Source of the DNA: an uncultured bacterium
GTDB taxonomy: Bacteria > Zhuqueibacterota > QNDG01 > DSAB01
NCBI GenBank assembly: GCA_964651045.1
Contig: CAZYVD010000006.1
Location: forward strand, 8,570 to 72,569
DNA: 64,000 nt
Direction: 5' to 3'
Shown here piece by piece: positions 40,016-50,766 of the stretch (position 1 is the first letter of the stretch; every line of letters starts with the position of its first letter). Under the pieces are notes generated by a model. The model was given only the letters and a program-made list of their open reading frames with translations, searched no databases and was not told the DNA's origin. Both the position numbers and the translations under genes were made by a program.

Positions 40016-40609
40016 TTAATTTCGTTTTCTTATTCTATTTAGAAAGTTTGTTACACTGTCTCTGACTGCATCAGTGATGGCTCTTGAAGTGATAGTTGCT
40101 CCTGTTATCGATTCGATGGTTCCGCCATCCTTATCGACAGCAATAGTTGCTGCATCCATTCCGGCAAATTGTGCCTGAAACCATGGTGTAGATTCGCCCT
40201 TACGAATTTCTTCGCACTTTGTTCCCAACCCTGGAGTCTCTTTCTGAGAGAGAACGTTTATCGCCAATATTCTACCGGTAGAATCAAAACCAACCACTGC
40301 TCTGATCTTACTGGAATATCCGGTTGCAACTACAGGAAGTGCATATCCGATAAACTCTTTTTTATCTTTATCTCTATATCCCTCATAGTAGACAGATTGA
40401 TCTCGATTATCAACTGGAATAATAATGCCGTTCTCTGTTCCAGAAAGCACGATCGATAGTGAAAGATCTAGTGCTTTCTTTTCCTGCTCCAGAATTCTGG
40501 GTTTTGTGATGTTGTTCACCCATGATAGCGATCCAGCACCGATTAGTGTAACGAGCATTAAAATAAATCCGAATTTTATGATTTCTTTCATAGAATTATT
40601 TACCTCCAA
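40016..40609 (-). CDS. rnfG: Rnf complex subunit G (covalent-FMN protein)
   Basis: FMN-attachment motif TGATITSRAITDAV; single N-terminal TM. Confidence 0.75.
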   Translation of the reverse strand: MEVNNSMKEIIKFGFILMLVTLIGAGSLSWVNNITKPRILEQEKKALDLSLSIVLSGTENGIIIPVDNRDQSVYYEGYRDKDKKEFIGYALPVVATGYSSKIRAVVGFDSTGRILAINVLSQKETPGLGTKCEEIRKGESTPWFQAQFAGMDAATIAVDKDGGTIESITGATITSRAITDAVRDSVTNFLNRIRKRN

Positions 40610-41621
40610 ATACTTTTGGCTTGGTATAACGATCGAGAAGGGGTGTGGTTAAATTCATCAGCAAAATAGAATATGATACTCCCTCAGGATATCCACCCCA
40701 TAGTCGAATGATTACTGTCAATATTCCGCATCCAGTGCCAAAGATGAGTCTGCCTTTGAATGTAACAGGTGTTGTTACCATGTCTGTTGCCATAAAAAAT
40801 GCACCCAAGATTAATCCGCCAGAAAGAATGTGAAAGAGTGGATTGCCAGTAAACATTCCTTCTGTTCCTCCAAATATCCATGTAAGCAGGGCTACGGTTC
40901 CAATATAGGAGAAAGGAATTTTCCATCCTATTATTCTTTTATACATGAGGATAAAGGCTCCTATAAGAAGAAGCAGAACAGATGTTTCTCCAATACATCC
41001 TCCAACTTTTCCAAGAAAAAGATTTCCACTAGAACCGTACAGCTGGGATATAGCCTGAGCAGCCTCTGTAACTTTTTCAGTTGAAAATTCAGATCCGTGG
41101 ATCAGAATTTCTCTGCTGTGTTTAAAGACATTTAATGGGGTTGCAGTTGTGAGTGCATCGATTCCAGAAAGTGTTCCACCAGCTGGAATTGTTTTAAATA
41201 CTGTCATATTTATTGGCCATGATGCCATTAGAAATGCCCTACCAATCAGGGCAGGATTCATTGGATTGTAACCGAGTCCGCCGAAAGCCATCTTGCCCAC
41301 TGTTATACCTACGAAACTACCAATTGCAGGGAGCCAGAGCGGAACCTCTGGAGGAAGGTTGTAGGCAAGCAGGATTCCAGTAATTATTGCGCTTCCATCA
41401 AACACCCCAACAGGACGTTTCATAATGAGCTGGCAGACCAGTTCTGTTAACATTGCAGAAGCAACAGAGATTGAAATTACCCAGATGACTCTGACACCAA
41501 AGAGATATACTGCTCCGGCACCGGCTGGAAGTAATGATAAGACTACCCAGTACATAATTTTTGGAACAGAATCTCTGTCTTTGATGTGGGGAGAAGAAGA
41601 TATAAAGAAACTTTTATCCAT
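40596..41621 (-). CDS. rnfD: Rnf complex subunit D
   Basis: SSSPHIKDRDSVPKIMYWVVLSLLPA... RnfD/NqrB family. Confidence 0.8.
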   Translation of the reverse strand: MDKSFFISSSPHIKDRDSVPKIMYWVVLSLLPAGAGAVYLFGVRVIWVISISVASAMLTELVCQLIMKRPVGVFDGSAIITGILLAYNLPPEVPLWLPAIGSFVGITVGKMAFGGLGYNPMNPALIGRAFLMASWPINMTVFKTIPAGGTLSGIDALTTATPLNVFKHSREILIHGSEFSTEKVTEAAQAISQLYGSSGNLFLGKVGGCIGETSVLLLLIGAFILMYKRIIGWKIPFSYIGTVALLTWIFGGTEGMFTGNPLFHILSGGLILGAFFMATDMVTTPVTFKGRLIFGTGCGILTVIIRLWGGYPEGVSYSILLMNLTTPLLDRYTKPKVFGGK

Positions 41622-41647
41622 ATGAACAGATCCTCCAATATGGTTTT

Positions 41648-42976
41648 TTATGAAGCCTCATTTGCAATTTTGTTGTATTGTGCCTTACCGAATTTTATCC
41701 AGTGGACAAGATTTCTCTTTGCAGGACAGATGAAGCTACACGTACCGCATTCAATACAATCGAGAAGGCCCATTGATCTTGCCTCATCATATCTGCCATA
41801 TTCCACATAGGTTGCAATATGATTTGGCATGATTCTCATAGGGCAGACATCTACACATCGTGCACAGCAGATGCATACTCCCTCGGGTTTAAGATCACTA
41901 TCTTTTTTCCCCAGTACTAATATTCCAGAAGTACCTTTGATTACTGGTACTTCATCTGTCACCTGAGATATGCCCATCATTGGGCCGCCGTTTATCAATT
42001 TTCCGGCAGTCTCGCTATACCCACCACAGAAGTCGATAAGATTTTTAAATGGTGTTCCGATTCGGACGAGTAGATTTTTAGGAGTCTTTATTCCAGGGCC
42101 TGTTACTGTCACGACCCGTTCTATAAGTGGCTTATTTGATGATACTGCATCATATATTGCTAAAGATGTGCCGACATTATGCACAAGACAGCCTACATCC
42201 ATTGGAAGCTTTCCAGGAGGAACTTCGCGTCCGGTAAGAGCTTTTATCAACTGTTTCTCTGCACCCTGTGGATATTTCACGTTTAGAGAAACAACAGAGA
42301 TAGATTTCGTTGAAGCGGTCTTGGCCCTCATTATTTTTATTGCATCCTGTTTGTTTTTTTCTATCCCGATGATTGCCCTTTTTAAATTGAGAATTTTCAT
42401 TATGATTTTCAGCCCCTTTAATATTTCATCTGTCCTTTCCAGCATGAGACGGTGGTCACTGGTCAGATATGGTTCACATTCTGCACCATTCAATATAAAT
42501 ATATCGACTGGTTTATCTTTTGGAGGTGAGAGTTTTACATGGGTTGGAAATGCTGCTCCACCCATACCTGCAAGTCCAGCCTTCTGTATTCGGTTCTTCA
42601 TATCATCGACCGATAATTTCATATAATCTTTATCGAACTTAATCGAGCTAACCCATTTGTCATTTCCGTCACTCTCGATAACAACAGAGAGAACATCTGT
42701 ACCAAGCGGGTGAGGCCTTGGTTCTACAGCAGTAACTGTTCCAGAGATAGATGCGTGTGGTGGAACAGAAACAAATGAGTTACACTTTCCAACAGGTTGA
42801 CCGGTTTTTACACTATCTCCCTTTTGTACGATTGGTTCTGCAGGAGAACCTATGTGTTGCTGCAGAGGAATAATAACCTTCTCAGGAAGGGGCATTGTTT
42901 CAATTTTTTTGTTCTCTGTAAGATCTTTTTCTTCAGGTGGATGCGCACCCCCTCGAAAAGTTTTCCTTCTCAACAT
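41648..42976 (-). CDS. rnfC: Rnf complex subunit C (NADH-binding, 2x[4Fe-4S])
   Basis: N-terminal GGAHPP motif; two ferredoxin-type cysteine clusters (CICCARCVDVCP and CIECGTCSFICP). Confidence 0.8.
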   Translation of the reverse strand: MLRRKTFRGGAHPPEEKDLTENKKIETMPLPEKVIIPLQQHIGSPAEPIVQKGDSVKTGQPVGKCNSFVSVPPHASISGTVTAVEPRPHPLGTDVLSVVIESDGNDKWVSSIKFDKDYMKLSVDDMKNRIQKAGLAGMGGAAFPTHVKLSPPKDKPVDIFILNGAECEPYLTSDHRLMLERTDEILKGLKIIMKILNLKRAIIGIEKNKQDAIKIMRAKTASTKSISVVSLNVKYPQGAEKQLIKALTGREVPPGKLPMDVGCLVHNVGTSLAIYDAVSSNKPLIERVVTVTGPGIKTPKNLLVRIGTPFKNLIDFCGGYSETAGKLINGGPMMGISQVTDEVPVIKGTSGILVLGKKDSDLKPEGVCICCARCVDVCPMRIMPNHIATYVEYGRYDEARSMGLLDCIECGTCSFICPAKRNLVHWIKFGKAQYNKIANEAS

Positions 42977-42986
42977 GGAGACTCCT

Positions 42987-43457
42987 TCATTTTGAATTTA
43001 ACTTTTTTGATTCTGAAAGTTCTTTCAATTCCTTGAGAAATTCTTCCTTGTCTTTAAATTTTCTATAAACAGATGCAAATCTTACATATGCTACTTCGTC
43101 GATTTCCTGAAGATGTCTTGATACAAGTTCGCCTATAGTGCGGCTGTCTATCTCCTTTACAAATTCGGAGTTTATTTCAGATTCTATCTTTTGTACTATC
43201 TCCTCTATTTTTTCAATCGATATTGGACGTTTATTACATGCTATTTCTATTCCTCGCATAAGTTTTTTCCGATCATATTTCTCACGCCTTCCATCCGACT
43301 TTATAACATAAATCGATTTATCTTCAACTTCTTCAATTGTGATAAATTTTTTTCCGCACTCAGTACACAGTCGTCTTCTTCGTATTACCCTTCCACTGAA
43401 TCGTGATCTTGAATCCACAACCCTGTCGTTATCTTTTCCGCAGTATGGGCATCTCAT
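42987..43457 (-). CDS. nrdR: Transcriptional repressor NrdR (zinc ribbon plus ATP-cone)
   Basis: MRCPYCG...CTECGKKF zinc ribbon followed by an ATP-cone. Confidence 0.85.
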   Translation of the reverse strand: MRCPYCGKDNDRVVDSRSRFSGRVIRRRRLCTECGKKFITIEEVEDKSIYVIKSDGRREKYDRKKLMRGIEIACNKRPISIEKIEEIVQKIESEINSEFVKEIDSRTIGELVSRHLQEIDEVAYVRFASVYRKFKDKEEFLKELKELSESKKLNSK

Positions 43458-43960
43458 TTTTCATCTATCTCTATTTTGATAATTTCAAGATCGCTCTGAT
43501 CTACTATAGACTTTGCAAGCTTATCCGGATATCCTTCGAGATAGTATACCTTCTTTATTCCCGAATTGATAATCATTTTTATGCATATTGAACATGGATA
43601 ATGAGTAGAATAGAGCACACTATTTTTTATTGATATACCGTGTGTTGCAGCCTGAATTATTGCATTCTGTTCGGCATGGATTCCTCTGCACAGTTCATGT
43701 CTTTCACCGGATGGAACATTGAATTTTTCTCTAAGACAGCCGGTCTCTGAACAGTGGGGGAGATTTCTTGGTGCACCATTATAACCAGTAGCAAGGATTC
43801 TTTTGTCCATTACAATGATTGCACCAACCTTACGGCGAAGGCATGTAGATCTTGTTGCCACAAGGCGTGTGATCTGCATGAAATAGGAATCCCAGGAGGG
43901 ACGTGTCGAAGAACCTTTCTTTTTCATATCAAATTCTGGTATATAAGAAAATTCTCGCAC
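43454..43960 (-). CDS. dCMP/cytidine deaminase-family zinc enzyme (ComEB-like)
   Basis: HAEQNAI ... PCSICIKMI zinc-binding motifs. Confidence 0.8.
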   Translation of the reverse strand: MREFSYIPEFDMKKKGSSTRPSWDSYFMQITRLVATRSTCLRRKVGAIIVMDKRILATGYNGAPRNLPHCSETGCLREKFNVPSGERHELCRGIHAEQNAIIQAATHGISIKNSVLYSTHYPCSICIKMIINSGIKKVYYLEGYPDKLAKSIVDQSDLEIIKIEIDEK

Positions 43961-45219
43961 AGAGAGCGAACTTCGTTTCTGACCGATTCGAGCTCTTTTT
44001 CATTATCAATGTTTGATAACACTCTGTGTATCAAATCTCCTATTCTCTTCATCTCCTCTTCTTTCATGCCTCTTGTGGTGAGCGCTGGAGTACCAATTCT
44101 TATTCCGCTTGTCACAAATGGACTCTTTGTATCGAAGGGGATCATATTTTTATTGACTGTTATCCCGGCCTTTTCTAATGCCTTTTCTGCGCTTTTACCT
44201 GTTATTCCCTTTGCAGATAGGTCGACGAGCATGAGATGATTGTCTGTTCCTCCTGATACAAGATTGTATCCATGTTCTATCAATCTTTCTGCAAGCGTTT
44301 TTGCATTTTTAATAATTTGTTTACAGTATTCTTTATATTGCGGCTGAAGATTTTCACCAAATCCCACTGCTTTTGCTGCTATTACATGCATCAGAGGGCC
44401 GCCCTGAATTCCTGGCATTACGACTCCATCGATGACTTCTGACAAAAGTTTTGTTCTTCCAGATTTTGGGGCAACTATTCCCATCGGATTTTCACGATCC
44501 TTGCCTATAAGGATCATTCCTCCTCTCGGCCCCCTCAATGTTTTGTGTGTTGTTGTTGTAACTATATCGCAGACTGGAAGTGGATCGGGATGAAGGCCTG
44601 TTGCAACAAGACCTGCCGGATGAGCAATATCTGCCATTAGATATGCTCCAATGCTGTCGGCAATTTCCCTGAATTTTGAAAAATCGATTGCTCTTGGATA
44701 TGCACTTGCGCCAGTTACAATCAGTTTTGGTTTATGCTCTTTTGCCTGCTTCCATACCTGATCGAAATCTATAGTACCTGTTTCTTTTTTCACACCATAA
44801 GAGACGAAGTTGTACAGTTTTCCAGAAAAGTTTACAGGACTGCCGTGAGTTAAGTGGCCTCCGTGTGCAAGATCCATTCCAAGAACAGTATCTTTAGGAT
44901 TAAGAAAAGCCATATATACAGCCATGTTTGCCTGAGAACCAGAATGAGGCTGAACATTTGCATATTCACATTTAAAAAGCTTTTTTGCCCTTTGTCTTGC
45001 TAGCTCTTCGGCACTGTCGACAAATTCACAACCACCATAGTATCTGTGTCCCGGATATCCTTCTGCATATTTGTTGGTCATGACACATCCGAGTGCTTCG
45101 AGAACTGCTTCGCTAACAAAATTCTCAGAGGCTATTAACTCGAGCTTGTAGTTTTCGCGATCGATTTCTCCTCTTATTGCATCATAGATTTCAGGATCTT
45201 TTTCTTTAATTTTATTCAT
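43924..45219 (-). CDS. glyA: Serine hydroxymethyltransferase
   Basis: 431 aa; PLP-lysine region ([14 protein letters not shown]); highly conserved SHMT N-terminus. Confidence 0.9.
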   Translation of the reverse strand: MNKIKEKDPEIYDAIRGEIDRENYKLELIASENFVSEAVLEALGCVMTNKYAEGYPGHRYYGGCEFVDSAEELARQRAKKLFKCEYANVQPHSGSQANMAVYMAFLNPKDTVLGMDLAHGGHLTHGSPVNFSGKLYNFVSYGVKKETGTIDFDQVWKQAKEHKPKLIVTGASAYPRAIDFSKFREIADSIGAYLMADIAHPAGLVATGLHPDPLPVCDIVTTTTHKTLRGPRGGMILIGKDRENPMGIVAPKSGRTKLLSEVIDGVVMPGIQGGPLMHVIAAKAVGFGENLQPQYKEYCKQIIKNAKTLAERLIEHGYNLVSGGTDNHLMLVDLSAKGITGKSAEKALEKAGITVNKNMIPFDTKSPFVTSGIRIGTPALTTRGMKEEEMKRIGDLIHRVLSNIDNEKELESVRNEVRSLCENFLIYQNLI

Positions 45220-45306
45220 AGCACAACCCCTTGTTAGTGATGGTTATAATCATTAAATGGGACTTATGTCCCATTTAATATTAGATATCATTGAAATATA
45301 GAAGTA

Positions 45307-45747
45307 TCATCTATTGGTTAATCTATGAATTTTCTGGATTCTTCTCTCATGACGGTTGCCGGGTTGAAAGGATGTTGATAGAAATGTTAGTGCTATTTTT
45401 TCGGCCACAGAATGGTCGATGAATCGAGCACCCATTGTGAGAATATTTGCATTGTTGTGAATCCTGCTGAGACGCGCGATTTCTTCACTATAACAAAGTG
45501 CCGCTCTGATTCTCGGTATCTTGTTTGCTACTATAGACATCCCGATCCCGGTACCGCATATCAAAATACCATATTCAAATTTACCGCTAGAAACTGCATT
45601 TGAAACTTCTACCCCAATCTCTGGATAGTCTACTGGCTCGGAGGAATATGTACCAAAATCTTTGTATGATATATTGTTCAGTTTTAGAGTTGATACTATC
45701 CTTTTTTTTAAATCAAATCCCGCATGATCCGATCCGATAGCGACCAT
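45307..45747 (-). CDS. rpiB: Ribose-5-phosphate isomerase B
   Basis: MVAIGSDHAGFDLKK...; RpiB/LacAB family; 146 aa. Confidence 0.85.
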   Translation of the reverse strand: MVAIGSDHAGFDLKKRIVSTLKLNNISYKDFGTYSSEPVDYPEIGVEVSNAVSSGKFEYGILICGTGIGMSIVANKIPRIRAALCYSEEIARLSRIHNNANILTMGARFIDHSVAEKIALTFLSTSFQPGNRHERRIQKIHRLTNR

Positions 45748-45759
45748 AAGAGTGACCCG

Positions 45760-47025
45760 TTATTTGATCCAGTTATAGCACGGTTTGTTTGGGGTTCTCT
45801 GGTGTTTATGCATAAAATAATCTTTATCCTGTGGGATTTGGGATTCCACGTTCTTTATTTTTATCTCTGCTTCAGGTCTCCATTCGAGATCTTTTAACGC
45901 CTTTTTATATTCATCGTAGGCCATTTTGTACACTAGTTTGTCATTGAAATCGATTTTTCCGCCGCAATCTTCTACGCACCTATCGGCAGATCTTTCATAG
46001 ATCATACCTTTTGTTATGTGTGCAAGGCCATAGTCCGGATCAATCCTCAGTGCACGATTTACCTCCCTCATGGCCTGAGAGTATCTATTCATTAGACTAT
46101 AGCTTATGGCAAGATTACAAATGTTCTTTTTGTCCTTTGGATCGAACGCAAGTATCTTCTTATATGTTGATGATGCATCGAGATATCGCTCAAGCTCCTC
46201 ATAAGACTTTCCAAGCATCTCGAGTGCGATCTTATTTTCACTATCTTTCTGGGTTATAAAGATTAGCTGATCCACGGCTTTTTCGAATTCTCCAATGTCA
46301 AAGTAATTCTTTGCAAGATCGAGCCTGAGCCTCAAGTCATCTGGAAAGCGTTCAACCATTTTTTCACGCTGGGCAATAAGAGCATCTATGTTATCTGTAT
46401 GTGCCAGAAGATTGTCCAGTGTCTCCTGAACTGCCTTGTTGGTCGGATCCATATCAACAGCCTTTTGATACACAGCTATTGCATCATCAATTTGTTCATT
46501 TTTGACATACAATTCTCCAAGATCTCTGTAATAGCTCAAAGAATCGGGCTGTAGCTGGATGAGTGTCTTATACTCATCGATGGCTTCTGATATTCTGCCC
46601 TCTGTTTTATATATCCAGGCAAGCATCTTATGGTTATATGGATCTTTCGGATTTCTCTTGACCCCAAGAGAGTATGCCCACTCTGCACTGTCCTTTAGGC
46701 CTAATTGGGTGTAGCATGTGCCCAGACGTTTGAAGACTATGTGCTGATATATACCGGTTGTGTCTTCTTCAGCAAGCTGTTTGTAGTACTTTTTTGCCCT
46801 TGCATAATCACCGTGCTTGTACGGTTCGTGTGCGAAACTTCTCAACAGCATAAGATGCCTTTTGTGTTCTTTGAATAGTGAATCCTGCAGGGCCTTTCTC
46901 TCCTCTGGTGTGAGTTCTCTGGGTTTTGAACCTGCGCATCCATTAAAGACTAAATTCAATGAAGATATGATGATTAGAAGTATGAGGGCTACGGCGAACA
47001 GCTGAATTTCTCTTTTCATCTTCAA
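45760..47025 (-). CDS. TPR-repeat lipoprotein
   Basis: Signal peptide with Cys (LVFNGCAG) and multiple TPR repeats. Confidence 0.6.
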   Translation of the reverse strand: MKMKREIQLFAVALILLIIISSLNLVFNGCAGSKPRELTPEERKALQDSLFKEHKRHLMLLRSFAHEPYKHGDYARAKKYYKQLAEEDTTGIYQHIVFKRLGTCYTQLGLKDSAEWAYSLGVKRNPKDPYNHKMLAWIYKTEGRISEAIDEYKTLIQLQPDSLSYYRDLGELYVKNEQIDDAIAVYQKAVDMDPTNKAVQETLDNLLAHTDNIDALIAQREKMVERFPDDLRLRLDLAKNYFDIGEFEKAVDQLIFITQKDSENKIALEMLGKSYEELERYLDASSTYKKILAFDPKDKKNICNLAISYSLMNRYSQAMREVNRALRIDPDYGLAHITKGMIYERSADRCVEDCGGKIDFNDKLVYKMAYDEYKKALKDLEWRPEAEIKIKNVESQIPQDKDYFMHKHQRTPNKPCYNWIK

Positions 47026-47151
47026 TTTTCTCCTCCTTAGAAGATACTTTACAGAAAATTATATTTTTAATTTTAATAAAATTATTAAATAAAATCAAGT
47101 GGAAAATAGAGGGGCTTTATGCCTAAAAATTTCGCATCTTAACGATTCTCA

Positions 47152-48363
47152 TTAATATCTTCTTGTGAACCATTTTTCTCCACCTGAAATTCCTATCGAC
47201 AACCTGAACAAATTCTCAGACAGTCCATTAGTCTTTAATGATCCTCTCCTTCCAAAACAGAATGCAATGTCGAGTCTATCTGTAAATTTAGATAAAGGAA
47301 ACCCAAATCCAAAAGTTACCCAGTGCTCGGAAATAATTTTTTCATTTTGATCTTTAGAGAAGTACGGCTGGTAATAATACCCAATCCTGCATGAAATCTT
47401 TTTAAGATATGAATTTGCATCGTTGTTTCCCTTATATTCTGCTCCTATCGAATATCTATAGATACTGTTTGTACCAGAGATTTTTCTGTCGTTTATAGAA
47501 AGTTCTGTCCAGTCTCTTCTATATATCTCAAGACCAATTAATCCATATTTGCTTATATTAAACGTTGTGCCTACTCTCCATGAAGAGGGGAAATCAATCC
47601 TGCCTGTCCACGTACTATCTTTTGTGACTCTATTATTTATGATGTCAGTTATATACAGCCCCGTCCTGTTTTTTAATGAAGATTGCGTTGTGTAAGTTGC
47701 ACCTATAGTAACAAAATTTACCGGTCTGATGATTATCCCTGATTGATATCGTATACCCCAGTTTTCTGTATGAAATTGGTTTGAAGAAGTCTTAAAGTCT
47801 TCTCCATGAAATTCTGTGGCCCATTCTTCAACAATTGTTCCAAAAATATAATTCAAGGAGATTCCTATTGAGAGAAAGGACTTCAAGGAAATGTATGTAG
47901 CAAATTTAAATGTGCTCAATCCTCCCGAGCCTGTAATATACTTTGAATAGGACATGCCATCTTTCGATTTATCGAGTCTTAAATTGTAATCGACTCGTGT
48001 GATGGGCTGCATGCCGATAGAAAAACCATGACCCTTTCCAAGTGGTACTACAAATGTAAAACCATCAAAGTTTGCATAGGTCGATCTGGCACTTCCATTG
48101 TGGTCTCTGTAGTCGTTGTTTTCACAAAAATATTGAACAGATATTGAGCTGAATTTCAGTCCGGAAAGTGCAGCATGATTTACTCTCGAGATGTGAAGAG
48201 AATCACAAAGTGCGGCCGAGATTCCACCCATGCCCATTGATCTTGAACTGGTAAAGAAGAATGGTATGCCCACTCCTTTTGATGAGAGTACGGTTCCAGC
48301 TTCTATATTTTGAAAAAAGAGCAGGAAGATTAAAATGAATAAAATTTTAGTGTTTCTTAACAT
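47152..48363 (-). CDS. Outer-membrane beta-barrel protein, possibly FadL/TodX/OmpP1 family
   Basis: Signal peptide; N-terminal hatch-like motif (MGMGGISAALCDSLHISRVNHAALSGL) reminiscent of the FadL NPA region; C-terminal aromatic residue. Confidence 0.4.
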   Translation of the reverse strand: MLRNTKILFILIFLLFFQNIEAGTVLSSKGVGIPFFFTSSRSMGMGGISAALCDSLHISRVNHAALSGLKFSSISVQYFCENNDYRDHNGSARSTYANFDGFTFVVPLGKGHGFSIGMQPITRVDYNLRLDKSKDGMSYSKYITGSGGLSTFKFATYISLKSFLSIGISLNYIFGTIVEEWATEFHGEDFKTSSNQFHTENWGIRYQSGIIIRPVNFVTIGATYTTQSSLKNRTGLYITDIINNRVTKDSTWTGRIDFPSSWRVGTTFNISKYGLIGLEIYRRDWTELSINDRKISGTNSIYRYSIGAEYKGNNDANSYLKKISCRIGYYYQPYFSKDQNEKIISEHWVTFGFGFPLSKFTDRLDIAFCFGRRGSLKTNGLSENLFRLSIGISGGEKWFTRRY

Positions 48364-48385
48364 ATTAAATTCTCCAGAATAGATA

Positions 48386-49570
48386 TTAAAAGCGACTCGA
48401 TGGTGGTAATGTGTAATAGATATCGAGCCTTGGCATTAAGGCCGAGTCGGCAGATGTGGAGAAAAAGAAACGAGTGAACTGTTCTTTATTTTCACTTTTT
48501 ACCTTCAAAACCAGGCCGTAATTTTCTTCTATGCCTTTGATCCATGTCTGAACCATGTGGGTTATATTTACACCTGCAGAGTCTTTATATACAGATCCAA
48601 CATATGTAATATATTGATTGTATTTGACAGAAGGAAATGACCAATCTGGATCGTATATCGGATATGCCTTTAGCTCTAATGTGTCTTGATTATCAGGAAA
48701 CGAAAGAGATGTATCTGTCGTAAGATGGACAACGGCACGATTTAATATAGCCTTCTCTGGAATAGAGTCGAGGTTGAAGGAGAGATAGATACAGTAGCCA
48801 GTTGTAGTACTCAGTACCAGTCTATCGGATGTTGGTTCTATGTATTCATATATCAAAGAGACATCTTCTGCAGTGCCTCTTTGAAGAGTATCTTTGGTTG
48901 TATCGACAGTCATATATATTGTGATGTTCGGTTCTGGTGTAGAATCTGAATTTGCTTCTTCGCTGAACAGTTTAACCATGAAGTTATCATCCTCAGAGGT
49001 TATCAGGAAACCATAGTCCTGGTTTTTATCAGAAAGCCATTGTTCTACAGTAGCAGGTGGAAGAAAAAAACATATTGAGTCGTCATCCGCATTTATTCTG
49101 ACGGTGTCGATTGGCTGGCCGGTCATGCTTGTCATTATATACTGGAGAGTATTCCAATCCATTTCTGAATCTTCCCATGGAGTTTGCACTATATAGATAT
49201 TAGCATCGACTGAGCCTGTTTTTGCACCTAAGATTTCGTCGATATATAATTTAACAAATGCGCTGTCAACAGAACCAGAATCCTGAAAGTTTGCAAATTT
49301 TATTAATGAATAGGCCTTTCTGCCCATGTACTTACCAAAGTAGAGACGAGAACTATTTCCTGTATTGAAAGAAATCTGAAAGAATGTATCAGAGGATGAT
49401 GGATATATCAAAAGATGATTTTCTGATCCATAGCTGTCTCTTTCAAAGAAATCGCTTCCGATTGGGTTATTTGCATTTCGGGAGCAGTAGATAAGGAAGA
49501 GCAGAATCCATATAATCACGCCAGGTACAATTTGAAATTTTTTCATTCGACTCCCCATTTTTGTCTGCAT
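48386..49570 (-). CDS. Hypothetical secreted protein
   Basis: Signal peptide; no recognised domain. Confidence 0.4.
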   Translation of the reverse strand: MQTKMGSRMKKFQIVPGVIIWILLFLIYCSRNANNPIGSDFFERDSYGSENHLLIYPSSSDTFFQISFNTGNSSRLYFGKYMGRKAYSLIKFANFQDSGSVDSAFVKLYIDEILGAKTGSVDANIYIVQTPWEDSEMDWNTLQYIMTSMTGQPIDTVRINADDDSICFFLPPATVEQWLSDKNQDYGFLITSEDDNFMVKLFSEEANSDSTPEPNITIYMTVDTTKDTLQRGTAEDVSLIYEYIEPTSDRLVLSTTTGYCIYLSFNLDSIPEKAILNRAVVHLTTDTSLSFPDNQDTLELKAYPIYDPDWSFPSVKYNQYITYVGSVYKDSAGVNITHMVQTWIKGIEENYGLVLKVKSENKEQFTRFFFSTSADSALMPRLDIYYTLPPSSRF

Positions 49571-49625
49571 TGAATAATTAGTTTACTATTTTTTTATGAA
49601 TTTGTCAAGTATCACACCCATTGAT

Positions 49626-50399
49626 TCAATTAAATCTTTCTTTCTTTATTTGGTTCCAGATTTTATCCATTTCTTCAAGCGATACATCTTTCAGGTCTTT
49701 TCCTTTATCTTCAAGAATCTTTTCTATAATCTTAAAGCGGTCAATGAACTTATCTACCGCCTTACGGAGGGCCGCTTCTGGATCTATTCTAATGAATCTC
49801 GATACATTTACTATTGAAAATAGAATGTCTCCCAGCTCTTCACTTATTTTGTCTCTGTCGTCTTCTTCGAGTGCCTTCTCGAATTCTTCAAACTCCTCTT
49901 TTACCTTATTTACAGCTGGTTTAAAATCTTTCCAATCAAAACCAACTGCAGATGCCTTCTGCTGAACTCGATATGCACGTTGAAGGGATGGAAGGGTTTT
50001 GGGAACTCCATCCAATACAGATGAGCCTTTTTCTTTTTTCTTTATACGCTCCCAGTGAACTCGCTGTTCCTCTGAGCTTTTTATATCTGCAATGCCAAAT
50101 ACATGTGGATGTCTCCTTATCAGTTTTTTGTTTATTGTATCGATGACATCCTCGATAGTGAAACTTTTCTCCTCTTTTGCAATCTGAGAGTGAAAGACTA
50201 TCTGCAGGAGAAGATCACCGAGTTCCTCTTTAAGCTCATCAGAACCACCAGACTCAATACTTTCGATCACCTCATACGTCTCCTCAAGGAGAAATGTGGT
50301 CAGCGAACAATGTGTCTGCTCCCTGTCCCATGGACACCCATCTGGTCCCCTGAGTCGGGACATGATCTCTATTAGTTTTTCGAATTTTTTACCTGTCAA
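49626..50399 (-). CDS. mazG: Nucleoside triphosphate pyrophosphohydrolase MazG
   Basis: Two MazG EExxE-type repeats (LLEETYEVIESIE..., ELGDLLLQIVFHS...; second copy EELGDILFSIVNVSR). Confidence 0.8.
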   Translation of the reverse strand: MTGKKFEKLIEIMSRLRGPDGCPWDREQTHCSLTTFLLEETYEVIESIESGGSDELKEELGDLLLQIVFHSQIAKEEKSFTIEDVIDTINKKLIRRHPHVFGIADIKSSEEQRVHWERIKKKEKGSSVLDGVPKTLPSLQRAYRVQQKASAVGFDWKDFKPAVNKVKEEFEEFEKALEEDDRDKISEELGDILFSIVNVSRFIRIDPEAALRKAVDKFIDRFKIIEKILEDKGKDLKDVSLEEMDKIWNQIKKERFN

Positions 50400-50547
50400 A
50401 ATTTCTCCTTTTTAATAATAAATCACTTAAACTAATTTCTCTATTTTTATTTGAAATTGCAAGGGAAAAGTAGTCGGGAAAGGCCTTGATTATTAAAATG
50501 ATGTTGGTTATATTTTCTCGATAGTAAATTAATTTGGAGAGATAATA

Positions 50548-50754
50548 ATGCTGGGCAGAAGGCTTCCAAAAGTAAGGCGTTTTTCCTACCAGCCTTACTA
50601 CTATGATCCTGAGAAAGAGGAGAGAGAGGGAAGGAAGATTAAATTCAGGCGGATGAGGTCTTCAAAGTCAGTGAAGCGACGTTCTCTAATATGGCTTTTT
50701 ATAATACTTGCATTTATAATCTATTTCATAATCATGCTGAGAAGAATTGGATAG
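50548..50754 (+). CDS. Small basic single-TM protein upstream of mutL
   Basis: 68 aa; Arg/Lys-rich N-terminus; C-terminal TM (LIWLFIILAFIIYFIIML). 12-nt gap to mutL. Confidence 0.3.
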   Translation: MLGRRLPKVRRFSYQPYYYDPEKEEREGRKIKFRRMRSSKSVKRRSLIWLFIILAFIIYFIIMLRRIG

Positions 50755-50766
50755 TAGAACTGTTCT

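Noticed and set aside
38743-42976. Alternative reading of the cluster as Na+-NQR (nqrA-F) rather than Rnf
   Set aside because: The 442-aa subunit carries two ferredoxin-type Cys clusters typical of RnfC, not NqrA. No NqrF-like FAD/NADH subunit is present.
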